A stretch of 64,000 nt of DNA, taken from contig NC_135658.1 of NCBI RefSeq assembly GCF_964188315.1, positions 35,526,001 to 35,590,000 of the forward strand, read 5' to 3'. Below, in pieces: positions 22,931 through 34,295 of this stretch. Under the pieces are notes generated by a model. It was not told the origin of the DNA and made no database searches. It saw only the letters and a program-made list of their open reading frames with translations. Positions within the stretch are counted from its first letter, which is position 1. The number at the start of each line of letters is the position of its first letter. The position numbers were made by a program, and so were the translations under genes. The stretch comes from Podarcis muralis. Taxonomy: Eukaryota.

Positions 22931-23489
22931 TAGAAACCTTTGGTTTTTGTGTGGTTGAAATGTAGCTTATTACACAAACGTAAGAGCTGCATCCTTCACT
23001 TCCACTTTTGCTTGTCTCTGCCCACGAGGTTGTCCGGGACAAACTGCAACCTTCCTGCTAAACAAAGTTCCCAGCCCCTGCTTTAAAGTAACAGAATGCC
23101 TACGTGAAACTTGCAAGATCAGATCAAAGATCAACGTAGTCCAGCATTCTGTTTTCCAGAGAGATGGTTCCAGGAAGCCCACAAGGAATTCAAGGCAGCA
23201 GCTTCAAGGGCAGGCCTCCTCTGAACATGGATGTTTTATTCAGCTGCAATTGTTTTCTCCTTGAACTTTGTCTCATCCCCCTTTAAAGCAACCTGAGCCT
23301 GTGGCTGTTACGTTCACTGTGGCTCTTGTGGGTTGTATCCAATGTTAAAACAATATTCACACCAAACCCATTAATGGACATGAATAATTTAGGTCTATTG
23401 ATTTTAATGAGTCTACTCTGTGTAAAATATAGTGGGATACATTTGGAATTAAGGAGTAAATCCTTTGCAACTCTAGATTTGATATGACT

Positions 23490-23907
23490 TCTGTGCACAG
23501 AAAGTATTTACAGAGGGTGGTGAACACAGCACGTGATATCATGGGCTGTCCCCTGAGCCAGCTAGATGACATCGCAAGGGATCGATGCCTTAGGAGAGCG
23601 AGAAAAATTCTCAGGGACGATTCACACCCTGGCCAGCACCTCTTTAATCTTCTACCCTTGGGCAGGAGATATAGAAGTATAATCAGACGTACCAACAGGC
23701 TAAAAAACAGTTTCTATCCGTGGGCTGTTAGGCTGCTGAACGGAAAATAATATAGAGCAACTAACTTTCGGGGTTGGTGTGTTGTGCAACAAGCACACAG
23801 AGTGCAATAAGATTGAGTGTTTTTGTGGGGGGGAGGGAGACTCGGTTAATTTCATTGTACACAGTTTGTACATTGACAATAAAGGTATTATTATTATTAA
23901 TAATAAT
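23490..23907 (+). mobile_element. Rex1/Babar-clade LINE 3' end in TXNL4B intron 2
   Basis: Encodes LQRVVNTARDIMG...HPGQHLFNLLPLGRRYRSI..RTNRLKNSFYPWAVRLLN, the characteristic Rex/Babar C-terminus. Followed by AATAAA and a (TAT)/(AAT) tail. Confidence 0.85.
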
Positions 23908-24642
23908 GGTTTTACCTCTCAGAATAGACACCTCTCAATGCCTTCTTGCCTCCAATATTAACAAATAGGTTCTATAGACAAGATACCAAATTTGATTTTT
24001 ATCCCATCTGGCTATATACGCACACATGTATGTCCATTTGTTTACATATGAATGCTCTGTGCTCCAGTGTCAAAGCAAAACTAAGAATTAAAAGATGTTA
24101 GGCCTTTATTATAGAGATCCTGATTCGTAGTAATGGGAATTTCCATAGTACATTTGATACATGCATTTAAAAATTTATGTTGCAGTTAAGCAGCCACTCT
24201 CCTTAGTGTTAAATAACTACCTATATTGTTAAAAGATTTCTGTACCACTTTTCATTTACAAAAAAATACCAATTATGTCCACAGTAATAAAACAAAACAA
24301 TATTCAGTACAATATTTATCAATAAAATCAATTAATGACCAAGGACCTTGGAAGCCAGTATTAATAATATTAAGGGTTAGGGAAAGGCTATAGATGTTTA
24401 AAATTACTGGGGGGAAGTAGTTTCTTGTGGCACCCACACTAATTTCTACAGTAATGTAGAAGGATGGAATAAAAATCAGAACATAAAATGAACATAAGGA
24501 CTTGGTCATATTATGATAAATCTGACAATAATATTTATTAGGTCTTTTGTGCATTGTTGATGCTTGCTAACATCACAAATGGTCACAAACAAATATCATT
24601 CCAAGAATAGCTTGTACTTGGGTTACATGCAAACCAACTTAC

Positions 24643-24794
24643 CCATAATCCACTTTCATATGCTGCCCGTTGAAAAAGAAAACAGTTGATGGAATATAGC
24701 TGATGTCAAAATATTGGGTGTACACTGGCACTTTGTTTACATCCACCAAGTAAATTGCAGCCATTTTACTTAAGTCATGAGATGTTTTTGCAAG
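24643..24794 (-). CDS. TXNL4B: TXNL4B coding exon 2 (152 bp)
   Basis: Encodes LAKTSHDLSKMAAIYLVDVNKVPVYTQYFDISYIPSTVFFFNGQHMKVDYG. AG at 24795-24796, GT at 24641-24642. Confidence 0.96.
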
Positions 24795-25498
24795 CTGTAG
24801 AGAAAAGGTTATAAGTTATACTGCCCAATATGAGAGGGCAAGAAATAAAGTATTGAATTAAATTTAACACATTTTGAGAACAGATTGATAACTGAAGCAC
24901 CAGTGCATGTGGGGTTTTCTTTTTTTGCGGGGGGGTGGGGGCGGGAATGACATGAAGGAGTAGCTAATGCCAGTTTAATTCTGGGGCCAACAGCAGCACA
25001 ACTTTGTGCTGTCAAAATATCAGTAGGGCTGAAGTGTTGGTAATCTGGGTTAGGACCAGGATACCAAAGCACTATCTCTTGCCATACAGTTCTATGTAAT
25101 GTAAATATTTTAAAGGGGGAAGGAAAATAAACCAGTAAAAATGAAATTTAAGTCTTCCAAAGAGTGTTTGATATTTTACCCAGTGTCTCCTTTTCCCTCC
25201 CTTGCCCTCCTGACTTCCCTTATTATATTTTTATACTTAAGCCTCTGCATGGGACCCGTTCTTTGTAAATCACAATGTACGCAGATGCTACTTTATTAAT
25301 AAAACATTTATTATTAAATTACTTCTTATTAACACTGAATACGTTCATATGAAATTTGGCAGTAAAATGTCCTCTTTTGTTCACAGCAGTGGGTGTGTGT
25401 GGGGAAAAAGTGTCTGACTTGGTTGCCCCAGACAACAAATTCCTACTGGGAGTGCGGGGGGGAAATGCGATTGCAAGGAGCAAAATTCGCCTGCTCAC

Positions 25499-25630
25499 AA
25501 TATCGTCCAGCTGCATGCAGACACGATCTTCATCTCTACCAAAGCGGAGGACCAGGACTTTCTCGGCCACGCTCTTGATTGCCTCATCCACCTCCTTTTT
25601 GCTGCCGAGCTTGGGCAGCAAGAAGCTCAT
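25499..25630 (-). CDS. TXNL4B: TXNL4B coding exon 1 (132 bp); total protein 149 aa
   Basis: Encodes MSFLLPKLGSKKEVDEAIKSVAEKVLVLRFGRDEDRVCMQLDDI, donor GTGAG at 25498. Confidence 0.96.
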
Positions 25631-25970
25631 GGCGATTGAGAGAGGTGGGAGGCTCAGACAAGCTGCTGCAGCGCGGCCACCGACCCATGCGGAGCGCATG
25701 CGCACAAGCTTCTTTCACCCAGAAAGCGGGCAGTCGCGAAGCTCTTACTTCTCTCCTTGCAGCGCCCCGTGATTGGCTCGGAAACCGGCCAACCAGTGGC
25801 AACTATTGCTCAGCTCCTTCCGAAATGGATAAATGGCCTAGTGACGTTAGCGGAACTATTCGAAGGGGGGAGAAGGGAGCATCCGCATACCCACTTCCGG
25901 CGGGAAGGTGATTGGAGCCGGACCGGGCATGTGCGGAGGAGTGGAGCGCGCGGAGCTTCAGTTTGAGGTG
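25631..25970. promoter_or_regulatory. CpG-rich divergent promoter, TXNL4B (-) / TRMT10C (+)
   Basis: GCGCATGCGC (NRF1-type) at 25694-25703, ATTGG at 25772 and 25911, TGACGTTA at 25842, ACTTCCGG (ETS) at 25893. Confidence 0.72.
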
Positions 25971-26158
25971 ATTGTTTAGGATGGCGCCGAAAATATTTTC
26001 TGAGCGGGTGTAGTGCTCGGATAGCAGAATGTGAACGGCATTACGGACCTTCAAATACATAAAGTTGCGTTGGCGCACGTTGGATTTCTGGGTGTACCTA
26101 CTCAGAAGTAAGTCCCCTCGAGTCCAGCTAAGAGTTACTCCTAGGTAAACCAGTATGC

Positions 26159-26294
26159 CAGGCATGGCCAAACTTGGCCCTCCAGCTGTTTTGGGACTAC
26201 AATTCCCATCACCCCTGACCACTGGTCCTGTTAGCTAGGGATGATGGGAGTTGTAGTCCCAAAACAGCTGGAGGGCCAAGTTTGGCCATGCCTG
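26159..26294. mobile_element. hAT-type foldback MITE
   Basis: About 55-bp near-perfect inverted arms CAGGCATGGCCAAAC...GTTTGGCCATGCCTG. 8-bp flanks CAGTATGC / CTGTATCC. Confidence 0.82.
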
Positions 26295-26464
26295 CTGTAT
26301 CCTATAGGTTTGTAGCCTCCATCTAGTTGCAACTATAATGGGCTTAAGTGCACTTAGCTGTGTTTTACTGTGGCTGCTGTGAGGAAGACACTTGAACGAA
26401 TGTGTGCGGAGCTGGAAGATGGGTGTTAAAAGTGCACAAGACAGTGAATGTTGATTCCATAGAT

Positions 26465-26598
26465 CAGCCTTTCTCAATCTGTGGGTCCCCAGATGTTGTT
26501 GAACTACAACTCCCACACCCCTAGCTAGCAAGGCCACAGCTCAGGGATGATGGGAGTTGTACTCCAACATCTGGGGACCCACAGGTTGAAAACCGCTG
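26465..26598. mobile_element. hAT-type foldback MITE, related to 26159
   Basis: CAGCCTTTCTCAA...TTGAAAACCGCTG termini. 8-bp TSD CCATAGAT / CCATAGAG. Confidence 0.82.
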
Positions 26599-28591
26599 CC
26601 ATAGAGAAACAGATAGCTCCCTCTTTTTCCTGCTTCTCCTTTTATAAAAAAGGCAATTGATTTCCTTGTCTGGAGTTAAAAGATCATAGGAAGCTGCTTT
26701 ATACCAAGCTAGATCAGCGGTCCATCTGTTTTAGAATTTTCTGCAGCTCTCTTAGGGTTTCAAACAGGAAAGCCTACCTGGAGATTGAATCTGGGACCGT
26801 CTGCACAGTACTCCACAACTGAACTATGGCTCTTCGGTTTCTCTTCCCCAGTGGTGTGGATGGTGAAAGGGAGGTGTCCTGATAAAGGACACACAGGGGT
26901 GAGAAGCCTGACCTGGGGGAAAAACAACCCTTAAAAGAGTTATCTGAAGTCTTCAAAAGAGTTCTATATAACACGTAGCTTTTGTGCAGCTTAGAATACA
27001 ATTCCCTATGATGCTGTAGCTGATCATTGGTGGAGGAAAGTTGTCAAACTTCTTATTTCTTAAAGCACTTTAACCATGTGGAAACCAGTTTTAATATTCT
27101 CAAACCTATGTTTTCTTCCAGAACCTGTGGGCTTCAAAGCATAGTAGCAAGTAACTGCATATTTGACAAAAGGAAAGGTAACTAAATATTTCTATAAAAC
27201 CAATCTTCTTATTTCATAGAGATTTCTCGACCGAGGCCCAATTGCTCCTAGTCCTCTCCTCTTTTTAGGAATGCAAATTGTGTTTATTGAATTTCGCCAC
27301 CAGCAATAAAATTAGTTATATATAAAGTTATTTTGCATCAAGATGGTAATGCAGATGGAGCTCATTTGAAAGCTTTACTGAAATTAGTGGGGCCCATGTA
27401 AAGATGGGTATATCAAAAAGTTTCTGGTCTGTGAGATTTTCACATGAGTTCATTTACAAGTCTTGTACATGCTGTTTCCACATTAATATTTGGGTTTTTA
27501 AAAATACATTTTGAATGTATTTTCTCATATGAATTTCTAAACATTTTATTTCAAAATATTGAGTTTTTAATAAATGTCTAATGTAAAGTGCATATCTATT
27601 TTCCCCAGTTAGGAAGACTTTTGCATTATGCTTTGAAATTGGATGACTTTGTTGCTGATGTAAGTGAAGGGCCTATGAGGGTGAAAGGAGAAAAGGCTGA
27701 TAATTCTATTGGTTCTTCAGTGTTATTTGTTGTTAAAATATCAATGCATGGAGCTATGATAGAGGGCAGGGTTATTGAACTGAGGAACTCTGATGCTCCT
27801 CCTTAAATCCATACAAGTTATTTATAAGACACAAACTTATCCCTCCCTTTGAAGCATCCCACAGCTTTGTCCCACCCCAGCTCTTCCTTTTATGTCCAGC
27901 CTTTTATTTCTCAGTATCTATCACATTCATTTCTCCAACTGGCATTTTCAGTTGCCTAAAGTCTCTTAATTTCCACAGTACAATCCTATTCATCAGGGCT
28001 CGGGGAGCTTGTTTTAGTTTTAGGGTTGCATTCCCTTATGAGGAGACTTCCAGGGGCTGTATGCAAGTGGAGGGCAGGGTCAGGGGCAAAAGAGGGTGGA
28101 GCAGTGGATTGTAGCCACCCCAAAACCAGCCATTTCTACAATACCCCTCCTCCTCTTCTAGGAAGTAAATGACATTATTACAGTTCAGTGGCACATTCCA
28201 GATACACTCAAGCAGGGCATGAAGGAGGGCTAGTGAGGGGGTGTGGCATTGCATAGGAAGGGTCCTGTCGGTCAGAAGAAACACTCAGAAGGCTGCCTTT
28301 TAGCCATGGTTCCCCCACTCCTTTAAATCTTTACCCTGAAGAAAGTCCCATTGAGTTTACTTCTAGGTAAAGAGGTACAGAACGGCACCTTTAGACAGCT
28401 TCATCAATTCTCCCTTGCTCTATTACAAGACTAGAATGCATGTTTTTACTGACATACAAAGTGAGCAGTATTTTAAGATAGTTAAGATTAGGAGCAGCTT
28501 CAGCTTGCTAATACTGAATTATCTTCTGTTTTCTATGTATAATTGCAGATAACAGCCGAACATCACATTTCCAATTACAAACTTCTAAAAT

Positions 28592-29878
28592 ATGCATCTA
28601 TTTAATATTATTAGAAGATCTGTCTTCCAATTAGCAGCATCAGATGGGACAAAAAGGAGATTATTTTTAATAATGCCCAGCAGAGTCATAACTTGTAGAA
28701 CTTTGGTTTTGTCGGCTTGGTTGAACAAGGACTCCTCCCCAAGTGCTACTGAGAAACTAGATTTGGATGGATGGAAACATGTAATGCGGTCTGCACAGCA
28801 AGAAGAAGCCACTGAAAGAACATCACAGAGTGAAGAAGATTCTCCTTTAGCGGTTACTAGGGAACTTATTGAGATGTGGAGACTATCGGGCAGACTTGTT
28901 CCAGAAAATATTAGCGAAGAAGATTTCAAGACTTTAAATGAATGTCCCACCAAGAGTTCCATAAGGAAGTACTTAAAATTCTTGGCTATAAAAGAAAACA
29001 GGAAGAAAGCTGACAGAGAAAAGAAAGAAAAACGAAACGAAGCAAACAAGGAACGAATGCTAAACACTCAGGAAAATGCTGGTGGTGAGCTACCAAATAC
29101 ATTTCTCCCTAAGTTTTGGACTAGGTCACAGGATGCCGTGTACAACTGGAGAGCAGCCCAGTCTATGATCTTTGGTCAGCCTCTGGTGTATGATATGAAC
29201 TACGAAAATTATATGTCACGCAGAGAAATGGAGAATACAGTGAAACAGCTGATGGAATCTGAAGGGGCCAATCGTAGAGCTTTGGACCCATTTCACTTGC
29301 ATTATTGTAATCTCCAAGCAGGTGGTCCGTATCACAAAGAATTTGTCAAACGTTACGGAGAAGCATGGGACAAGTTGTTTGTGACTGTGACAGAAAAGTC
29401 TTATGTTGAAGTCTTTCCAAAAGATCAACTTGTCTACTTAACTGCTGATTCTCCCAATGTGATGAAAACATTTGAGCATGATAAGATCTATATAATTGGG
29501 TCAATAGTTGATAAATCAATGAAGACTGGACTCTCCCTTGCTAATGCAAAACGGCTGGACTTGGCAACAGCACGCCTTCCTTTGGATAGGTGCTTGCAAT
29601 GGGCGGAGGGTGCCAAAAATCTCACTCTGGATCAAATGATGCGCATCTTATTAACACTGAAAGATACTGGGAATTGGAAGGAAGCTCTGCAGTTTGTTCC
29701 ACAAAGAAAACACGAAGGCTTTGTGGATATGTCTTCCTGGTCAAAGCAGCAAATTGACACATGGAAGAAAACAAAGTTGCATGAAAAAATGGCTGGTCAA
29801 AGAAAGGCACACAAGCAGTTTGCACAAAATTTCTCCAGGCGGCAAACACAGAAAAACTGGTGGGAAGATGTGTCTTAA
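28592..29878 (+). CDS. TRMT10C: tRNA methyltransferase 10C / mitochondrial RNase P protein 1 (MRPP1), 428 aa, single coding exon
   Basis: Motifs LDLDGWK, TRELIEMWR, FGQPLVYDM, DPFHLHYCNL, YLTADSPNVM, YIIGSIVDK and LTLDQMMRIL. TTGCAG| acceptor at 28548 and an Arg/hydrophobic N-terminus resembling a mitochondrial presequence. Confidence 0.97.
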   Translation: MHLFNIIRRSVFQLAASDGTKRRLFLIMPSRVITCRTLVLSAWLNKDSSPSATEKLDLDGWKHVMRSAQQEEATERTSQSEEDSPLAVTRELIEMWRLSGRLVPENISEEDFKTLNECPTKSSIRKYLKFLAIKENRKKADREKKEKRNEANKERMLNTQENAGGELPNTFLPKFWTRSQDAVYNWRAAQSMIFGQPLVYDMNYENYMSRREMENTVKQLMESEGANRRALDPFHLHYCNLQAGGPYHKEFVKRYGEAWDKLFVTVTEKSYVEVFPKDQLVYLTADSPNVMKTFEHDKIYIIGSIVDKSMKTGLSLANAKRLDLATARLPLDRCLQWAEGAKNLTLDQMMRILLTLKDTGNWKEALQFVPQRKHEGFVDMSSWSKQQIDTWKKTKLHEKMAGQRKAHKQFAQNFSRRQTQKNWWEDVS

Positions 29879-30760
29879 TAGCATGTTAGCCACCCAGTGT
29901 TTGACTGATTGTAAGTTTGAATTAAATCAAGATTTAACCTTAAAAATTTAACTGCTTAAACTTTTCTCTAGCTCTTGAGTTGCATGGGTGTCAGCCAAAG
30001 TGACACAAGAACCTGCTTTTCTACAAAAATGAATGTGACATATTTATTGCCTGTTATTCAATATTCAGTCATAAGTTCCAGAAGTTATTCAAGAGCCCAA
30101 TAATATCAAAATGTGACAGTGCATGTTGTAACCTTCACCCCTTCACTACCCTATTCTAGTAAGGGAATTGGCTTTCAAGCTGTGGATGCCAAATGAACTT
30201 CCCTCACAATACTTAACTATAAGATGAGGTCATGAAGGTTTATATCATTAACAAGCACCCTTGGCTTCTAAAGATCCACAGACGATTATGTCCAGGGTGT
30301 CAGTGCCCATACTTGGTAAAGCAGAATAGATTTCTTCAGCCCCCACTGTTTGGTCAGACGTGAAGCAACTGAGAGTTCAGCAGCATGCTGCTGTTGCTGT
30401 ACTAGGAACAATTTCTGAATGCTAGGGCAGCACAATGAATTTTACCTGCTTTATAAAGTTGTTGGACAAGAAGGAACCTACATTTTCTGGTAAATTGCAA
30501 ATATGCCCATTGTATTCAGGTATTACGTATGTAAATACGAGCTTAGCTGTGGTAGCATTGAAAAATAAATGGAAATTTATTCGATTTATGTTAGTTATGT
30601 GGCCTTTTTTTTACAAGGAAATAGCTAGATATTTAATGTTAATAACAAATTGGATCCATCATCATTATTGTGGCTTATGTGGTGCTTTTTGGCCCAAGGG
30701 CCACCCAAGCATTGAACAACTGATAATTACAGCAAAAGATACAATAGAAAAAACAATTCT

Positions 30761-31830
30761 AAGAACATAAGAAGATCCTGCAGGATCAGATTCATGACCC
30801 ATCAATAGTCAAGTACATGTCTATGGAAAGCCCAAAAGCAGAATATGAATGCAGCTCTCCCCATTCATGTTCCCTAGTATCTGGTGTTCAGAGGCATACA
30901 GAGGTAGTATACATCCACCTGACTAGCCACCATTGGCACCTCAGGTTACAGACTGCCAACCCAGAAATAGTACCTTGGGTTAAGAACTTTGCTTCAGGAT
31001 GAGAACAGAAATTGTGCGGCGGCAGCAGGAGGCCCCATTAGCTAAAGTGGTACCTCAGGTTAAGAACAGTTTCAGGGTAAGAACGGACCTCCAGAACGAA
31101 TTAAGTTCTTAACCCGAGGTACCACTGTGGCCTTATTCTCCATCAACTCCATCCAAATTGGTGGCCATCAATACATTGTCTGACAGCAAATTCCAGTTTA
31201 TGTGCTGTATGAAGAAGTACTTCCTTTTGTTTTGCTGAATCTTCCCATATTCAGTTTCATCAGATTACTCCAGGTATTTTGACAGGGACAAAACCTTTCT
31301 ACAACTTGCATAATTTATACATCTTTTCAGTTTCTTTCCTAATGACTCCTAATACAGAATTCACATTTTTCACAGCTGCTGTGCATGAATCAACATTTTC
31401 ATTATGCTGTCCCCAAACCTTTGCTTACCAATTCACTCTTATTAGCATATATGTCAAGGGTTTTTTTGTCCTAATGTGCATCACTTTAGACTTGCATACA
31501 TTGAATTGTTTTTCTTGATACCCATTCACCCAGTTTGGAGAGATCATTTTTGGAACTCAAAATCCTGTTTTTGCTTTTATCATCCTGAACTATTTGATGT
31601 CACCAGCAGATGTGACTACTTCACTTCTCACCCTGAATTCCAGATCATTATGAACCAGTTAAAAAGCATCAGTCACACATAGATGCTTGAGGGGGCCCAT
31701 TTGTTATAACCCTCTGTGAAAACTGTCCATTTGTTTCTACTTGCTGCTCCTTAAACAATTATTGATCCAGAAGAACACATGGCCCATTATCCCATGACTG
31801 CTAAGCTTACTTGGGACTCTTTGGTGTAGG
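30761..31830 (-). mobile_element. Degraded CR1 LINE 3' region, interrupted by the MITE at 30931
   Basis: AAGAACATAAGAAGA...GGATCAG CR1 tail on the left, with decayed CR1-like sequence to about 31830. Confidence 0.6.
30931..31127. mobile_element. Tc1/mariner-type MITE, subfamily A, nested in CR1
   Basis: CATTGGCACCTCAGGTTA...TAACCCGAGGTACCACTG. Confidence 0.85.
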
Positions 31831-31921
31831 AGGATAAGTGAAGTTAACTCTTTACTCAAGGAAACAGTCGACTCAGGAGGCCAGGCTTAGTGAGCACAGC
31901 AACTCCTCCGAATATATCTTA

Positions 31922-32506
31922 TATGCAGAATGCTGCAGCGAGACACCTTACGAGGTCTTCACTGCGAGATCACATTCACCCGGTGCTATACCAGCTGCAT
32001 TGGCTCCCGGTGGAGTACAGGATCGGGTTTAAGGTGCTGGTTTTAACCTTTAAAGCTCTATACGGCCTAGGACCCTCGTACCTACGGGACCGCCTCTCCT
32101 GGTATGCCCCACAGAGAAACTTACGGTCTTCAAATAAAAACATCTTGAAGGTCCCAGGCCACAGAGAAGTTAGGCTGGCCTCAACTAGAGCCAGGGCTTT
32201 TTCGGCTGTGGCTCCGATCTGGTGGAACACTCTGTCACAAGAGACCAGGGCCCTGCGGGACTTGGCATCTTTCCGCAGGGCCTGCAAGACAGAGCTGTTC
32301 CACCAGGCCTTTGGCCAGGGCACAGCCTGACTCCCTCCCTCGGCAATCTTCGCGGAGCTCTGGCCCAAAGGTTGCCTGTGGCTTGAATTAATTAATTTTA
32401 TAATGAATGATTTGAGAGTGTTGTTTATGCTGTACTTTTGTACTGTTTTATTGTTGTTAGCCGCCCTGAGCCCGGCTTCGGCTGGGGAGGGCGGGATATA
32501 AATAAA

Positions 32507-32551
<45 letters not shown>
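31922..32551 (+). mobile_element. Young L2-clade LINE 3' end with long (ATT)n tail
   Basis: Intact frame QNAAARHLT...HIHPVLYQLHWLPVEYRIGFKVL...RAFSAVAPIWWNTL. Possible TSD ATATATC(T/C)TAT. Confidence 0.9.
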
Positions 32552-32557
<6 letters not shown>

Positions 32558-32745
32558 CCTATGAGACACTGTCGCATGGATCACTGTGGAGAGCCCCCCC
32601 TTAAAGCCACCTTCAGCCATATTTTGGCAGCTCCTCCCCACGTATTACTAGCGCGCGGGCGAGGACTTTTATCCCTCCGGAATGCGCTGCCAATTTCACT
32701 GGATGGCCTCGAGCTCTTGAGTCAAGGAGACTCCCTCGCCCTAAT

Positions 32746-32874
32746 TCAGCTTAGTCGCTAGAGCATGAGACTCTTTAACCTCAGCGCTTGAGACCCGCAG
32801 CGGGCAAAAAAAGATTCCTGCATTGCAGGGGGTTGGAGTAGATGACCCTCGTGCTCCCTTCCAACGACGATTCT
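32746..32874 (+). mobile_element. SINE with tRNA-Lys(CTT)-derived head and CR1-derived tail
   Basis: TAGAGCATGAGACTCTTTAACCTCAG (tRNA-Lys-like), then GGTTGGAGTAGATGACCCTCGTGCTCCCTTCCAAC (CR1 3' end). Confidence 0.72.
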
Positions 32875-32899
32875 CCGAAAATGACAGCGCTCCTTAGAC

Positions 32900-33206
32900 C
32901 TGAACGATGGAGGGTGGCTGGGTGCGGGGGGGGAGGAGCGAAGCGCGAGGGATGACGTCACGACCAATCAACAGGCGTTCGAGGAACACCAATCCCCTTG
33001 CGTCTACTGCTAGAAAAGAAGCGGCCGCTCCAAGCCGGAAGTTGCGACCACTTCCGCCCGGAAGCGGAGCGAGCAGAGAGAACGCAGGAGCCTCTCTAGC
33101 CGCAGCTTCTCTGCTCCCGCTGACGGCGCGAGGCGTGGGCGGGCTTGAGCGGCGCCGCTGCGCATAGTCCGTGGACGCAGCCGCGGGGAGGAGGAGGTGG
33201 GGCAAA
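32900..33206 (+). promoter_or_regulatory. PCNP CpG-island promoter and 5' UTR
   Basis: Full CRE TGACGTCA at 32953-32960, CCAAT at 32964, ETS CCGGAAGT at 33035-33042 plus further CTTCCG/CGGAAG sites. Confidence 0.78.
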
Positions 33207-33261
33207 ATGGCGGACGGCAAAGGAGGCGACGTGAAGCTGAAGCGGCCGCTTCTTGACGGAG
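33207..33261 (+). CDS. PCNP: PCNP exon 1 (55 bp coding)
   Basis: AAAATGGCG start encoding MADGKGGDVKLKRPLLDG, similar to MADGKAGDEK. Donor G|GTAAAC. Confidence 0.88.
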
Positions 33262-34295
33262 GTAAACACGCTGCGTTGCTATGCGAGGCTCTGGTCGGGA
33301 GTGTGTGTGGGGGGCCCCGCTTGTGGCTGGGTTTGGGCGGGAGAGGGTCGAGGGCTGGTTTCGGAGGGGGGGAGCGGCGGCGGGCTCCAGGTACCACCTT
33401 CTTCCCTCAAGAGCCCTTGAGAGATTTGGCTGCTTACCGGAGGCGAGTTCGCTGCCTCTGACGGGAGACAAGTCGCAGCCTCGTCTTTCGCGCGGCTTCT
33501 GACGCCCCGTGGCCTCCGTGGGTGAAGGTCGTTCTGCAGACTCACCAAAATCCCCTCCCCTCCCCCCCCCCCGGGCTGCCTGAATGCTGCATTTCCCGGT
33601 GCCTCGGCTTTCTGTATCCTTCACAATTCCGCTTCTTCCCCGTCCCTGTGGCTGGGCGGGAGTGCGAACCCCTCGTGGAAGACGTCGTAGTGCCTAATAT
33701 ACAGTATATCACGCCCTGTGGCAGGGCAAGGATTGCAAAGAGCCGCTTGGCCTGAAACATTGCGCTGCTGAAGTGCAGCTGTTTCGTAAAGCAGATGGGC
33801 GCCCGTGTAAATAATCCCAGTCCCTTCAAAATTTAGCGCAACATTGGCCCAAGGCTGCAGTCCTCTATAGACGCCACACTGGACTCTCAGGGGCTTTCGT
33901 GTAGCTGGACATGGGCAGGGTTTGACTACAAACACACACTATTCCTTTACAGGGATAATGCTACAGTAGTTGCTTTCTTCTGAAACTTCGTTGTGTCATT
34001 TTTTAGGAATAAAAGTTACGTTTCCAACTAAATGCGTTCAACCATATGCCCATATTCTCAATTTGGCATTACAGTTTTCAGTATTTTTAAGGATGTTTAT
34101 TGACTTTCAAATTTTTTTTAAAAAGTCAGAGGAGTGTACCATAAAATAAAAATGAATCCAGTAAAATTACGCAATGAACAGAGGCACGTTTGCATACAGC
34201 TGATATCAATGTTCTGAAAAATGCCTGGGGAGACAGAACAGTGTTAAGCAGGTGTTAAAACCCATCTTCTCTATGTATTGTTATAACTTTTAATG

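Noticed and set aside
23484-23750. 88-aa ORF (and 31890-32330, 8606-8812) as host genes
   Set aside because: They are C-terminal fragments of LINE ORF2 followed by simple-repeat tails.
28585-29067. 160-aa antisense ORF
   Set aside because: Shadow of the purine-rich TRMT10C coding strand, with Phe/Ser/Leu bias and no independent support.
32746-32810. tRNA-Lys gene (also 51550-51597)
   Set aside because: The acceptor stem and T-arm are degenerate and fused to a CR1 tail, so it is a SINE and not a functional tRNA.
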